NCBI GenBank assembly: GCA_048939995.1
Contig: JBHLOY010000010.1
Span: 81,887 to 145,886 of the forward strand
Origin: Promethearchaeota archaeon
GTDB taxonomy: Archaea > Asgardarchaeota > Lokiarchaeia > Sigyniarchaeales > SOKP01
Direction: 5' to 3'
Length of the DNA: 64,000 nt
Below the pieces are notes generated by a model, which had not been told where the DNA came from, searched no databases, and saw only the letters and a list, made by a program, of their open reading frames with translations. The position numbers and the translations under genes are program-made. Below are positions 27,667 to 38,924 of this stretch, piece after piece (positions within the stretch are counted from its first letter, which is position 1; every line of letters starts with the position of its first letter).

Positions 27667-28518
27667 TCATTTTTTATATAAATTTAAGTTGGAAATAATA
27701 GAATTCAATTTTGAAAACACCCCCATCGTCAGACTTAATTCCTTTTTTGTTATGATTGCTCTTTCAAAAATATTTTTAAATGCGAAAAGTACATTCTCCT
27801 TTTTATGAGTTCTAATCTTTAACTCCTTTATTAAATTTTCGATGATAGAATAGAAAATTAAGCGATCTTCCTTATCAGCTAATACAATAGGATTTATTCC
27901 TCTTCCCAAGGTAATATAATTAATTTTTTTAAAAATCTCATAAAGAACAATTCCACAGGCATGAGAAAGGTTTAATGAAGGGTATATATTCCCCGTTGGA
28001 ATACGTAACAAGATATCTGCAATCTCTATTTCTTGGTTGGTTAAACCCCTTGATTCTTTCCCAAATAATATTGCAATTTTGAGGGGCTTATCCGATATTG
28101 GAAAATCTAAATCGTCAGGGAAAATTGCAATTCGTCTAATATTTCGATAACTCTTTCCTTTTGAAGTCGTAGCAATGACTAAATCGTAATGCGCCATTAA
28201 AGTTTTAAGTCTTGAGAAATGTTCTTCTTGATTTTCTAGAGATATTATATTAGAATTTAGGAGGATATCTTTTCCGTGCATTGCAAATCCTTGTGTTTCA
28301 TAACTAAATATAGTATCTTCATTTTCTACTGGATTAAAGATAATTAAATTATTGAAATTAAAATTCTTCATTACTCGAGCAATTGATCCAATATTACCTG
28401 AACTTTCAGGTCGAACAAGTACTATTGTAAAGCTGATATTGGAATATTGTTCATATATTTTAATTTTCTGAAATGAATTGATTGCGGTTCTTAAATTTTT
28501 CTTATTTATGGAAATCAC
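27667..28518 (-). CDS. TrmJ/TrmH-family SPOUT RNA methyltransferase
   Basis: VLVRP..GNIGSIARVMKNF, FGKESRGL, YPSLNLSHA. Confidence 0.9.
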   Translation of the reverse strand: MISINKKNLRTAINSFQKIKIYEQYSNISFTIVLVRPESSGNIGSIARVMKNFNFNNLIIFNPVENEDTIFSYETQGFAMHGKDILLNSNIISLENQEEHFSRLKTLMAHYDLVIATTSKGKSYRNIRRIAIFPDDLDFPISDKPLKIAILFGKESRGLTNQEIEIADILLRIPTGNIYPSLNLSHACGIVLYEIFKKINYITLGRGINPIVLADKEDRLIFYSIIENLIKELKIRTHKKENVLFAFKNIFERAIITKKELSLTMGVFSKLNSIISNLNLYKK

Positions 28519-28912
28519 TTCCTATTTAAATGATCCAATAAATACCAGAAGAAGGATTAATTTAAAAAATTGATATTTAATTTTTATAGATTTCTAGTCT
28601 TTTCTTTTTTTTTTAGATGCAGTTTTTCTATTTCAAGCTTAATTTCTTTACACATTTCCTTCGTAATTGGGAAAGGCTTCTTATGAGAATTTGAGAGCCA
28701 TTTTGAGAGCAACTAAAATCTCTGGGAAATATCCAATAAAGGAATAGCTGGATGCTTAATCCTTTTTTTTTTTTATGAATTTAAGATGTAATATATAAAT
28801 AGGTGAAAAATTTTTATTATTTATATAAAAAAATACATCTGGATCTATTAAAAGTAAGAATAATTGAGAATTTTATTGAAAATTTAATCTTAGCCATAAT
28901 AAACTGATCAAA

Positions 28913-29506
28913 ATGCTGAGTCCTGAAAGAATAATCCAAAATCTAGAATTTATTAATATTAGTACTGATGAATTCACAATTTTTGAATGGAAACCACCAA
29001 GATCATTCAAAAGCTTCGTTTTAGATCTAAATATTTTGAAACAAAATCCTTCTAGCGATATATTCTTTCACTTACATAAAGGGAATATGAAAATCGCTTA
29101 TATAAGAATGGAAAATCTTATATATTCAGCAGGTTCTGATACAGAAATTCAATTTCAATTATTGGAAGCGTTAATTGAGGAAATAGCAAAAAAGTTTCTT
29201 GAAAGGTATGATATTGAATCATATTTATCATATGGCAAATTTTCATCTAATTTATTCGATGATTTTAAACCATTTGTTAAAAACATAATATTCAATTTTA
29301 AATCTCTTGATCTAGTGAAAGAGATAAAAGTCCCATGTGCTGTTTGTGACAAAGTATTACCTCTGATTATAAAGAAGAGTTTTATTGAAAAAGCAGATTC
29401 TTATCCAGTTCCTATTGTCTATAGTCATTTAGGACACTCTATCCTTTGCTTTATTGATGTGAACTACAATGTACGGGGCGTAGAATTAGTAAATATAACA
29501 GGTTAA
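28913..29506 (+). CDS. Longin-like domain plus C-terminal Zn module
   Basis: Beta-beta-helix longin-like N-terminus; CAVC...H..H....ID...VRG. Confidence 0.5.
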   Translation: MLSPERIIQNLEFINISTDEFTIFEWKPPRSFKSFVLDLNILKQNPSSDIFFHLHKGNMKIAYIRMENLIYSAGSDTEIQFQLLEALIEEIAKKFLERYDIESYLSYGKFSSNLFDDFKPFVKNIIFNFKSLDLVKEIKVPCAVCDKVLPLIIKKSFIEKADSYPVPIVYSHLGHSILCFIDVNYNVRGVELVNITG

Positions 29507-29527
29507 TGACATTAATATTGATTTTTT

Positions 29528-30574
29528 ATGACAGAAAATAATAATCAGGATGACAAGAATTTATTTGAGGATATAATTAAAAAAACTAAAACTGGAATAA
29601 CCTTCCCAAAAGATTTAAGAGAAAGTTTATTTCAAGAGGATAAAGAAGTATATTTTCGGATTATTGTTCCAAAAGAGAAAGATAAGATCATCTTGGAGAT
29701 TGTCGAACAAGAGGAAGTGAAGGAAATAACACAGAAGCTAAAAGAGAAAAAGCCAAAAGCATCACTCGAAAACTTAAAAGAATTACCCGAGAAGCACTTA
29801 AGTTATAGTCCTAATTGGGCTAATTATTTTGTATATGATTTTAAAAACTTGGAAAAGGTAAAACCAATTTTAGAATCAGCATTCTATAAGTTTGCAGAAA
29901 AACCGATTAACTTAGAAGATGCTATGGGTCGAGTCAAATATGCCCTAGTATCTTTCTTGACATCTACTAAAACAGAAAATGCTAAGTTATATTATTCAGT
30001 TATTAGATTTCTGCTAGATATAATCGAAAAATTTAATCAACCGAACTTATTAGATTGGATTTTTGAAAAGGTGATCCCTAATATTGAGAGCAAATTTCTT
30101 TATGAATTAGCTCTCTTAGACATTATTGAAATATCGCTCAAAACAAAAAGATGGGAAAAGGCAGAACTCTATATTTTTTATGTATTAAAGAATATAGATG
30201 AATATCCTAGTTCTGAAATGTATAATATTATGAATAGTTTTAAGCAACTAGTTAAGAAAGTAAAAGATGTAGAGCGAAGTAATAAAATAGACATATTACT
30301 TAAAGAAAAACTAATGGAATATGCTAAAAATATTATTAAGGAAGACATCGATTACAAGATTCAATTAATAGAGTTTCTAGAGGATTTACAATATATTGAA
30401 CTTGCATACAACCTAGCAAAGGAACTAAAAGATAGTCTACCTCCTGAAAGTGTCAGGAATGATGAAATCCGTAAAATTGTAAAGAGGTTATATATAGCCC
30501 CTATTGCTGAAAATAAGCCAGAATCTAGCTTGGATTTTGAAGAAATTAAAGAGGAGAAGGAAGAAATAAAATAA
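29528..30574 (+). CDS. AbrB-like N-terminus plus helical-repeat protein
   Basis: GITFPKDLRESL (AbrB-like); all-helical C-terminus. Confidence 0.5.
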   Translation: MTENNNQDDKNLFEDIIKKTKTGITFPKDLRESLFQEDKEVYFRIIVPKEKDKIILEIVEQEEVKEITQKLKEKKPKASLENLKELPEKHLSYSPNWANYFVYDFKNLEKVKPILESAFYKFAEKPINLEDAMGRVKYALVSFLTSTKTENAKLYYSVIRFLLDIIEKFNQPNLLDWIFEKVIPNIESKFLYELALLDIIEISLKTKRWEKAELYIFYVLKNIDEYPSSEMYNIMNSFKQLVKKVKDVERSNKIDILLKEKLMEYAKNIIKEDIDYKIQLIEFLEDLQYIELAYNLAKELKDSLPPESVRNDEIRKIVKRLYIAPIAENKPESSLDFEEIKEEKEEIK

Positions 30575-30577
30575 GAG

Positions 30578-31825
30578 TCACGATTTAGAATTATCTCTTT
30601 CTTGTTTTTCTTCTAAATCTTTAATCCGTTTTTCCATTCTTTTTAACTCATCTTCTACAATTTTTTGCTTTTGTTCTTCAATTTTCTTTTGTTGCAATTC
30701 TAATTCCACTACAGAAAGTTGACTCTCTTTTTGAATTAATTCCTCTCTACGTTTAAGCATTTCTTCTTTTTTCAATATCTCTAGTTCTTGGATTTCTTTT
30801 TCTTTTGAATCTAATTCTAATTTTTTTTTTTTTAGTTCTAACTCTTTTTGCCTGAGTTCAATTTCTTTATCTAAAATTTCAGATTCTTCTTTTTGTATTT
30901 TTTTTTTAATTTTCTTAGGAATATCAGCTAATTCTTTTTCAGATCTTATTAACATTTCTTTATCAATTATTTCTTCCTTCATTTTTAGGGCTTGATCTTT
31001 TTCAATGATAATTTTTTCTTCTAATTCCTTTTCTCTCTGTTCCAATTCTAATTTTTTTTTTTTTAATTCAAGTTCTTTCTTTTTCAATTCAATTTCGCGA
31101 TCAATTATTTCTGTTTCTTCATCTTCTAATTTTTGCTTTTCGGATATTTCCTTTCCCTCATCTTCAACAATTTCTTCAATTTTTTCAATTGATACAATTG
31201 ATTTTAAGATATTGTCTACTGAGGTTTTAATTTTATCATCTTCAGGATTTTGCTTAGCATAATTCTTAATCACTTTTGTTACCATGGATGGATTATTTTT
31301 ACCTATGGCTTTTAGGGCCTGAATTGCCTTCTCCACTACAAAATCCTTTTGATCAGATAATTTTTCAGCAATTTTATTTATTAAGGATTCATTTTCAAGA
31401 GGAGTATCCCCTCCGGCCATAAAAATTATTAGTTGTAAATCTGCTTCACGTACATTTGGGTCTTCAGAGTCTAATAAATCTTCACTAAATGGGAAAAATA
31501 AATCTTGTTCATTCTCACATATAGATTTAAGTAAAAGCAAGAATGAATAACGTAAAACAGAATCTCTTTTCGATAAATTTTCTAATAATGAAGGGATATC
31601 AATAATTAACTGTTCTATTAGAAATCTTAATACTGTACGACCTCCATGCAGAGTTAAAAGAGTCTCTATAATATCCTCCAAACGGTCTAGGTAATCCTCA
31701 TCAGTAGAATCACCTAAATAAAGAGCAATTATTTTTGATGCGTCATCAAATCTTTCATCCTTGATAAAATCTTTAATCTTTAAAATTTCTGGATTTTCTT
31801 GTTCCTTTTCACTCATAATATTCAC
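30578..31825 (-). CDS. HEAT/ARM-repeat plus long charged coiled-coil protein
   Basis: LLDSEDPNVRE, LSDQKDFVVEKAIQAL; duplicated EIELKKKELELKKKKLEL. Confidence 0.7.
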   Translation of the reverse strand: MNIMSEKEQENPEILKIKDFIKDERFDDASKIIALYLGDSTDEDYLDRLEDIIETLLTLHGGRTVLRFLIEQLIIDIPSLLENLSKRDSVLRYSFLLLLKSICENEQDLFFPFSEDLLDSEDPNVREADLQLIIFMAGGDTPLENESLINKIAEKLSDQKDFVVEKAIQALKAIGKNNPSMVTKVIKNYAKQNPEDDKIKTSVDNILKSIVSIEKIEEIVEDEGKEISEKQKLEDEETEIIDREIELKKKELELKKKKLELEQREKELEEKIIIEKDQALKMKEEIIDKEMLIRSEKELADIPKKIKKKIQKEESEILDKEIELRQKELELKKKKLELDSKEKEIQELEILKKEEMLKRREELIQKESQLSVVELELQQKKIEEQKQKIVEDELKRMEKRIKDLEEKQERDNSKS

Positions 31826-31834
31826 CTTTTATAA

Positions 31835-32767
31835 TCATACCCATAATACATAAAAATCATTATATAACCGGAAAATAATATTAAATATTAGTCTTAAATC
31901 TCTATATCTCAACCTTAGAAATTCAACCCCTATGTATAATTCAATCACAAGATTCTCACGATTATCTAGAAATAAATGAATTTCTTCGCAAAATTGGCTT
32001 AAAGCATCCAAATCATTTGGAAATGTATTCCATAAATAAAAACTTCTTTTATTATCCTCATTTTCGGGTGGGATTTCTCCTACTTCTGAAATAACTTCTT
32101 TAGGGATTATATTTATTACATCAACATGGTTATTTTGATTAATTTTTATCTTAACTTCGGGAAAAAAGATTTTTGAGTAAAGATCAATTAAGCATTTTAG
32201 TAACTCAAGATTTTCGATTTCTTCTCTATTAGCATTACAAAGCACATAGCCCTTATCAACAAAAATTACATGCACTTTATCCTCAAATTTAAAAACCATG
32301 AAATTTTCATCTTTTGAAATCAAATACTGGAAATCTTCATCACGATTGTTAATTCGATCATTAAAAATCTTAACTGCATCTTTGAATTCTTTTTTTGAAA
32401 TGAATTTATTTAATTTTCTATAATCTCCATGGAAAAAAACATCTAAAAAATCTATTAAATATAGATAGGAATCTAATGGTCTGTATACTACTGTTTTATT
32501 TCGGAAATCACGTAAAACAATATTTTTATGTACACTATAACAAAATTTCGGTTGATCTTCTATTGTTAAACCACTCAATATTCTTAACTTTAATAAAAAT
32601 CTCCGCGAACATAATGGTGATAAGGTGCATAATATACGATCTACTTGACACTCTTCAAAACATAATCTATTAATTCTTTTATTGAGTAAATCTAATAATT
32701 CAAATCTGTTTTTTGTTTCTGAATCATGATCCAAAAATCTGTTGATATGTTCTGGTTGCAGTGGCAT
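31835..32767 (-). CDS. Hypothetical protein with N-terminal Cys cluster
   Basis: CFEEC..C..C..C. Confidence 0.65.
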   Translation of the reverse strand: MPLQPEHINRFLDHDSETKNRFELLDLLNKRINRLCFEECQVDRILCTLSPLCSRRFLLKLRILSGLTIEDQPKFCYSVHKNIVLRDFRNKTVVYRPLDSYLYLIDFLDVFFHGDYRKLNKFISKKEFKDAVKIFNDRINNRDEDFQYLISKDENFMVFKFEDKVHVIFVDKGYVLCNANREEIENLELLKCLIDLYSKIFFPEVKIKINQNNHVDVINIIPKEVISEVGEIPPENEDNKRSFYLWNTFPNDLDALSQFCEEIHLFLDNRENLVIELYIGVEFLRLRYRDLRLIFNIIFRLYNDFYVLWV

Positions 32768-32962
32768 GATTTATAATAGTTAATTCAGTTTAAATTCCAT
32801 TTAAGTATTATATTCCATAGAATCTAAAATTTGTCATATTATTTAATTGGATTAATAGAAATATCAAAATTAAAAGTAATGATATTAAAATATATTAGTA
32901 AGCAATTTTTATATTTTTATTAAGAATTAACGAAGGATTCTTAAAGAGATAGAATAGATAGA

Positions 32963-34471
32963 ATGTTAAGACAATTTCACATTTTTCACAAGGGAGAACC
33001 AATTTATAACTTTACATACGCAATGGCTCTTGGAGATGAAGAATTAGAAAATGTTAAAAAAACTATCAAATCATATTTGGAGATACCTACTCCAGGGAAG
33101 ACTGTTCAGAAACCATTAGGAGAATATCAAATCTTTCATAGGGGAATCGGAGCATCCTTATTTTTATTAGTTACTGACTTAGTAGATACTCTTGAACAAA
33201 TAGATGGAATAATAGATAAAATTATTGATAAATATAAAAAAACTTATTCTGATCCGCTATTAATTAAGAAACAAGATTCAATTTTATCAGAATTTGAATC
33301 ATTTCTTAGAGAAATCCAATATGAATTACACTCGAAGATTTGTATAATCGGCCCAATATCTTCAGGAAAAACTCAATTATATACCCTTTTAAGAGGTAAT
33401 GGTGAAAAAAATATCTTAAGTTTTGCAAAATCTTCAATTTTTCAAATTGATCAATTGAGATTTGATATCTGGGATTTTCAATTAAAAGATAATTTTTCAT
33501 TATTATGGGCTAAATTTATTAGTGGAGCAGATTTAACTTTACTTTTATTTGATTTATCTAATTATCATTTAAGGGTAATTAATCATTTCTTGGATTTATA
33601 TCGAAAAGAAGCTAAGCTCTCGAAATTATTAATCATTGGTACTAAGCGTGATCTAGTTCAAGATATGGATCTTAAAATAATTAAGAATGAACTCGGACTT
33701 CCTGAATTTAAAGATATTTCTCTTTTAGATACTGACGCCAAAAAAAAATTAATCCAAATTATATCATCAGCATTAAAACTCAAAATTTCGCTTCCCTCTA
33801 ATTTTGAAATCTTAAGGAAAGAGGCAGAAAGACTGAAAAATCAAGGAAACTTTATTCTTGCTATTGCTAAATATAAGGAACTAATTAATATTTGTAATGC
33901 TTATCAAGATTTTAAATTCATAGCCTCATTTAAACAAGACTTAGAAGAACTTCAGAAAAAAGTAGAAAAAGAAAAAAGAATCAGGAAGCAGATTGATAGT
34001 AAAAAGAAGTTTGAAGTTCCCGGTCAAATTAAATTCACAGACAAAATTACCGTACAACCTTTACCCAAAGATAAAACTAAAATTCTCCCTAAAATAATTC
34101 CCAACATAGAGATCCCAAAAAAAGAGTTTGAGGAATCTAAAACCGAAGAAACGAAAATTGGAAAATTAACTTTATTTAAATCCTCTAAAGAAAAATTAAG
34201 GCCTGAGAAAGACGTTTTGAAGCCTGAAGATATTAAAATTGAACTAAAAGGACCATCTACAGAACCAACATCCATATCTCCAAAAGTTAAGTCATCTGGA
34301 GTACAATTTCCAAGACAACTTCAAACTATTATCGAGAAGAAAGGAGGTAGCTTAAGTTTAAAATTATGTGAGCATCTTGTTAGCGAATTAGAGACTACTT
34401 TAGGAAGACCCTTGACAATTGAAGATATTGAAACTGCTGCTAACATTTTCATTAAACAAGAGAATTTATAA
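32963..34471 (+). CDS. Longin-like plus small GTPase-like multidomain protein
   Basis: N-terminal MLRQFHIFHKG longin-like start; G1 GPISSGKT, degenerate G3 WDFQ, G4 TKRD; TPR-like helices and Pro/Lys linker. Confidence 0.7.
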   Translation: MLRQFHIFHKGEPIYNFTYAMALGDEELENVKKTIKSYLEIPTPGKTVQKPLGEYQIFHRGIGASLFLLVTDLVDTLEQIDGIIDKIIDKYKKTYSDPLLIKKQDSILSEFESFLREIQYELHSKICIIGPISSGKTQLYTLLRGNGEKNILSFAKSSIFQIDQLRFDIWDFQLKDNFSLLWAKFISGADLTLLLFDLSNYHLRVINHFLDLYRKEAKLSKLLIIGTKRDLVQDMDLKIIKNELGLPEFKDISLLDTDAKKKLIQIISSALKLKISLPSNFEILRKEAERLKNQGNFILAIAKYKELINICNAYQDFKFIASFKQDLEELQKKVEKEKRIRKQIDSKKKFEVPGQIKFTDKITVQPLPKDKTKILPKIIPNIEIPKKEFEESKTEETKIGKLTLFKSSKEKLRPEKDVLKPEDIKIELKGPSTEPTSISPKVKSSGVQFPRQLQTIIEKKGGSLSLKLCEHLVSELETTLGRPLTIEDIETAANIFIKQENL

Positions 34472-34578
34472 TATTTTATTCTAGTTCAGCTATAGTTCAT
34501 ACTTACTTCTTTTAAAGTAATAATACATTAAAATAGGCAATAATAAAATTTTTATCAAAAAAGCAGTGATATTAAAAA

Positions 34579-36072
34579 GTGAATGCAATAAAAGAACTAT
34601 GGGAATATTTTAATGAAATAATGCGATTGAATTACATAAGCGCCCTTTTGGGATGGGATCAACAAGTTTATATGCCAAAAGGATCAGTTAGAGGAAGAGC
34701 TGAACAATTGGCTCTTATGCAGAAGCTAATTCATAGTAGTATCAAATCTGAAAAAACTGGGAAATTAATTAAAGACGCTGAAAAGGAACAGAATCTAAAT
34801 GAAATTGATCGAGCTATGATTAGAGAAGCAAAAAGAGAATATGAGCATGCAACCAGGATACCAGATGAATTGGTCATTGAAATCGCTAAAACTGCCTCTT
34901 TAGGTCACGTAGAATGGGAAAAAGCAAGGGAAAAAAGCGATTTTTCCATATTTAAACCTTATCTTGAAAAAATGATAAAATTACAGATTGAATTGGCTGA
35001 AAAATTAGATACAGGTCCTACATTATATTCTACATTAATAGACCTATTTGAACCTGGAGCTACTTATGAGTGGATTTCAAAAATCTTTAATAATCTAAAA
35101 ACTAATTTGGTTAAAATAGTAGATAAATTAAATCAGTCTTCTGATAAACCTGACGAATCCATTCTAAAGAAGTATTATCGTCCTGAAAGCCAATGGCAAT
35201 TAAGCCTTGAAATCGTTAAAAAATTGGGTTTTAACTTTAATATGGGAAGGCAAGACAAATCCACTCATCCTTTCACTACTTCAATATCCTCAATAGATAC
35301 TAGAATAACAACTAGGATTATTGAAAATTTCCTTTCACCTTGTATTTTTTCAACTATTCATGAATGTGGTCATGCTCTCTATCAAATGGGATTTAAAGAA
35401 GAACTTCATGATACATTATTAGCTGATGGTTCTTCACTTGGGATTCATGAGAGTCAATCAAGAATGTGGGAAAATATTGTGGGAAGAAGTAGAGAGTTTT
35501 GGGTATACTGGTACCCTCACTTTCAAAAAGCCTTTCCAGAAAATTTGAAAAATTATCCAATGGAAGAATTTTATAGAGCTATCAATGTAGTTCAACCTTC
35601 CTTTATACGAGTAGAGGCAGATGAAGTAACTTATGCATTACATGTTATCTTAAGATTTGAATTAGAGAAAATGATAATTGAAGATAATTTGCAAGCAGGT
35701 GAATTACCAGAATTATGGAATAATAAAATGGAAGAATTATTAGGAATTATTCCTCCTAATGATGCACAAGGAGTTCTACAGGATGTTCATTGGTCAGGGG
35801 GGGGATTTGGATATTTTCCCACATATGCTTTAGGAAACCTTTATGCAGCTCAAATCTATAATGATGCATTGAAGAAATTACCTTTTCTACCAGAAGATTA
35901 TAAAAAAGGAGAATTTAACAACCTTTTGGATTACTTAAAAGAAAATGTTCATCAACATGGCAGGATTTACAGAGCTTCTGACTTAATTAAAAAAATTACG
36001 GGAGAAGACTTGAATCCAGATTATTTCATTAAATATATACAAGAGAAATTCTATCCCATTTATGGGCTTTAG
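34579..36072 (+). CDS. Carboxypeptidase Taq (peptidase M32)
   Basis: HPF, HECGH, HESQ, IRVEADE, QDVHW, YFPTY. Confidence 0.95.
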   Translation: MNAIKELWEYFNEIMRLNYISALLGWDQQVYMPKGSVRGRAEQLALMQKLIHSSIKSEKTGKLIKDAEKEQNLNEIDRAMIREAKREYEHATRIPDELVIEIAKTASLGHVEWEKAREKSDFSIFKPYLEKMIKLQIELAEKLDTGPTLYSTLIDLFEPGATYEWISKIFNNLKTNLVKIVDKLNQSSDKPDESILKKYYRPESQWQLSLEIVKKLGFNFNMGRQDKSTHPFTTSISSIDTRITTRIIENFLSPCIFSTIHECGHALYQMGFKEELHDTLLADGSSLGIHESQSRMWENIVGRSREFWVYWYPHFQKAFPENLKNYPMEEFYRAINVVQPSFIRVEADEVTYALHVILRFELEKMIIEDNLQAGELPELWNNKMEELLGIIPPNDAQGVLQDVHWSGGGFGYFPTYALGNLYAAQIYNDALKKLPFLPEDYKKGEFNNLLDYLKENVHQHGRIYRASDLIKKITGEDLNPDYFIKYIQEKFYPIYGL

Positions 36073-36156
36073 ATTTTTTCTAAAATCACTTTTTTTCTCT
36101 CTTTTACATAAGCTTTGGGAATTTAAGCAAAAAATTCACTGATTTAAAAATTATTA

Positions 36157-37293
36157 TTAAGTCCTTAATTTTGGGGGAGGCACATAAATTTTCCTCAGTT
36201 CTTCTTTAAGTGAAATGGCATTCTCTGGACAAAAATAAGCACACACTCCGCATCCAATACAGAACTCAATATTGACTTCTGCTTGATTATTATTTAATTT
36301 GATAGCATCCACAGGGCACTTCTCAACACAGGTTCCACATCCAATACAATTATTGTTAATACTAGCTAAATAATGGGCATAATTAATCATTGCAATCATT
36401 CCAGTTTTCCACCATTCAAAAGTGCCACAACAATCTTTACAACAATTGCAAATGCTTGTTTCTTCTTTAGTTATATCTGAATGAGGATGAAATGTTTTAT
36501 GAACTAACCCAGCTTCCTCACTCTTTTTTAAGATAGTTAGAGCTTCTTGTTTATTGATCATTCTTGCGAAGCCTTGTTCAACAGTATATCGCGCTGATTT
36601 CCCAAAAGTAAAACAATTCTCCGTTAAGTTAGTTTGCTTACATGGTTGACCCAATAAAGCTTTATGATGTCTGCAAAAGCAATGTCCAACGGCAATGTCA
36701 TCAAATTTATCTATTAGATTCTTAACTTCTTTTGATAATAAAATATTTTCATTTGGGACAGTAATTTCTTCATTAACTATAATCTTAATTTCTTTATCAT
36801 TTACAGTTTTACCTATTATTGGAATGGTTCTATCATAAGGAGCCATGTTCTCAAATATTGGCATTATTGAGTCATACCCATTCTGAATAAAATCTCTTAG
36901 CTCTTCAAATAACTTGGAGAATAACTTTGCTAGAGCTTTTTCTTCTGGAGTATGTTTAATTTTTTTCATATAAACATATTCAAACAAGCCAACCATTACT
37001 AAAGGCATTAATCTATAGATAATTGGTCCCTTTGAGCTAGGTTGATTAAAAATTAATCCAACTTTAGCTAATTTTTGCACATGAAAGTTAATTTCTTCTT
37101 CCGACATCTTACTAGCTTCCTTTAATTGCTCCAAAGTCATTGAGGTTTTTCGTTTAAAAGCCATAATAAAATCAAGGTCTTCTTCTTCGATGACCATTTT
37201 TAGAATTCTAATTAAAGTCTCATTTATGGGAAAGGGAAAAATGCCAGCTTTTACAATGATACGAGCAGCCTTACGATATTTTTCATCAGACAT
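36157..37293 (-). CDS. 4Fe-4S dicluster protein with N-terminal HTH
   Basis: CFCR, ICNCCKDCC, two CxxCxxCxxxCP motifs. Confidence 0.85.
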   Translation of the reverse strand: MSDEKYRKAARIIVKAGIFPFPINETLIRILKMVIEEEDLDFIMAFKRKTSMTLEQLKEASKMSEEEINFHVQKLAKVGLIFNQPSSKGPIIYRLMPLVMVGLFEYVYMKKIKHTPEEKALAKLFSKLFEELRDFIQNGYDSIMPIFENMAPYDRTIPIIGKTVNDKEIKIIVNEEITVPNENILLSKEVKNLIDKFDDIAVGHCFCRHHKALLGQPCKQTNLTENCFTFGKSARYTVEQGFARMINKQEALTILKKSEEAGLVHKTFHPHSDITKEETSICNCCKDCCGTFEWWKTGMIAMINYAHYLASINNNCIGCGTCVEKCPVDAIKLNNNQAEVNIEFCIGCGVCAYFCPENAISLKEELRKIYVPPPKLRT

Positions 37294-37533
37294 TTTTGTA
37301 TTTTTTTATGAAATTAGGTAATTCATTATAACTATAAATTTAAAATGTAAATTGATTTAAATCTTTTAACCTTTTTCCCTAAACAATATAAGAAAGGGAA
37401 GATATTAATCAAATAAAATAGAATATGCTATGATAATTATTGGTTAATAGAAATTTTAAAATTATTCTAAAATAAACTAAAATAAATTAACACTTTTAAT
37501 CAAAATAAATTATATCCTTTAGGTTAGAAAAAG

Positions 37534-38853
37534 ATGGTAAATGTCTTAATAGTGGGACACGGAGCTAGAGAACATGTAATTGGGGAAACTTTAGTTAATA
37601 GTGGGGCAAAACTATTTGCATTCATGAGTTTTAGAAATGCTGGATTAGATGAATTAAGCGAAGGAAGATTTAAAATTAATTCTGAGACAGATTTTAAAGA
37701 AATTATTAAATATTGCCAAAATAATAAAATTGATTTTGTAATCATCGGTCCTGAAGCTCCTTTAGTAGTCGGAATAGTTGATGCACTCGAAAAAAGTGAG
37801 ATTCCATGTGTAGGTCCTAAAATTGAAGCTGCCCAACTCGAGGGTTCAAAAATCTTTACAAGAGGATTATTAGAGAAATACAAAATATCATCAAATGTAT
37901 TTAGTAAACAATTCTATTCTATGGAGGGGATTGAGAGTTATGTTAAAGATATGGGAGAAGAAAATATCGTGATTAAACCTGACGGTTTAACTGGTGGAAA
38001 AGGTGTTAAAATTTACGGTGAACATCTCTTTTCAAAAAAGGACATTATTAATTATTGCAAAGAGTTGATTCAGAAGAAAAGTGGATTTTTATTAGAAGAA
38101 AAATGTGAGGGAGAAGAATTTACTCTTCAGACTTTTGTTGATGGAAATAAGGTTGTAGCAACACCGCTCGTACAAGATCACAAAAGAGCTTATGAGGATG
38201 ATACAGGTCCAAATACTGGAGGAATGGGATCATATTCATGCTCTGATCATCTTATGCCATTTATAGATAAAGGAGATGTTAATAAAGCTCTTATGGATAT
38301 GACAAAAGTAATAAATGCTGTTAAAAAAGAAACGGGGATTGAATATAAAGGATTTTTATATGGGCAGTTCATGAAAACAGCTAATAATATCAAACTAATC
38401 GAGTTTAATGTAAGGTTTGGAGATCCAGAGGCCATGAATGTATTACCGTTATTAAAGAATAATTTTACAAATATTTGCATGGACATAATGGATGGTAATT
38501 TATCATCAAATATTGAATTTGAGAAACAAGCAACAGTATGTAAATATCTAGCTCCTGAAGGATATCCAGAATCTCCAAAAAAAGATATGATGATTGAAAT
38601 AGATCACCAGAATCTAGCTAAGGTCGGTGCAAAGTGTTATTACGCCTCAGTTCATAAGGATGGAGATAAAATCTATACGACCACATCTCGGGCAATAGGA
38701 ATTTTGGGTATTGCTGATAACTTAAGCAAAGCTGAAAGCATTTCTGAGCAAGGAGTAAATTGTATAAAAGGAAGATTGTTTCATAGAAAGGATGTTGGTA
38801 CATTGAAGTTATTACAAAAACGAATAGATCATATAAACTCCTTAATGAAATAG
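37534..38853 (+). CDS. purD: Phosphoribosylamine--glycine ligase
   Basis: GAREH, GPEAPL, QDHKR, GPNTGGMG, EFNVRFGDPE. Confidence 0.97.
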   Translation: MVNVLIVGHGAREHVIGETLVNSGAKLFAFMSFRNAGLDELSEGRFKINSETDFKEIIKYCQNNKIDFVIIGPEAPLVVGIVDALEKSEIPCVGPKIEAAQLEGSKIFTRGLLEKYKISSNVFSKQFYSMEGIESYVKDMGEENIVIKPDGLTGGKGVKIYGEHLFSKKDIINYCKELIQKKSGFLLEEKCEGEEFTLQTFVDGNKVVATPLVQDHKRAYEDDTGPNTGGMGSYSCSDHLMPFIDKGDVNKALMDMTKVINAVKKETGIEYKGFLYGQFMKTANNIKLIEFNVRFGDPEAMNVLPLLKNNFTNICMDIMDGNLSSNIEFEKQATVCKYLAPEGYPESPKKDMMIEIDHQNLAKVGAKCYYASVHKDGDKIYTTTSRAIGILGIADNLSKAESISEQGVNCIKGRLFHRKDVGTLKLLQKRIDHINSLMK

Positions 38854-38924
38854 TTTTTATGAAGCAAAAACTAAATTATGAAATATAAAAGCTAGATTAT
38901 AATAAAATCTCTTCTACTTCTTAA

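Noticed and set aside
28590-28760. Coding-like minus-strand fragment (…KWLSNSHKKPFPITKEMCKEIK…)
   Set aside because: Interrupted by a TAG, no start and no recognisable family; at most a decayed remnant.
30700-31200. Low-complexity T-rich repeats
   Set aside because: They encode the Lys/Glu coiled coil of the minus-strand gene; not a repeat array.
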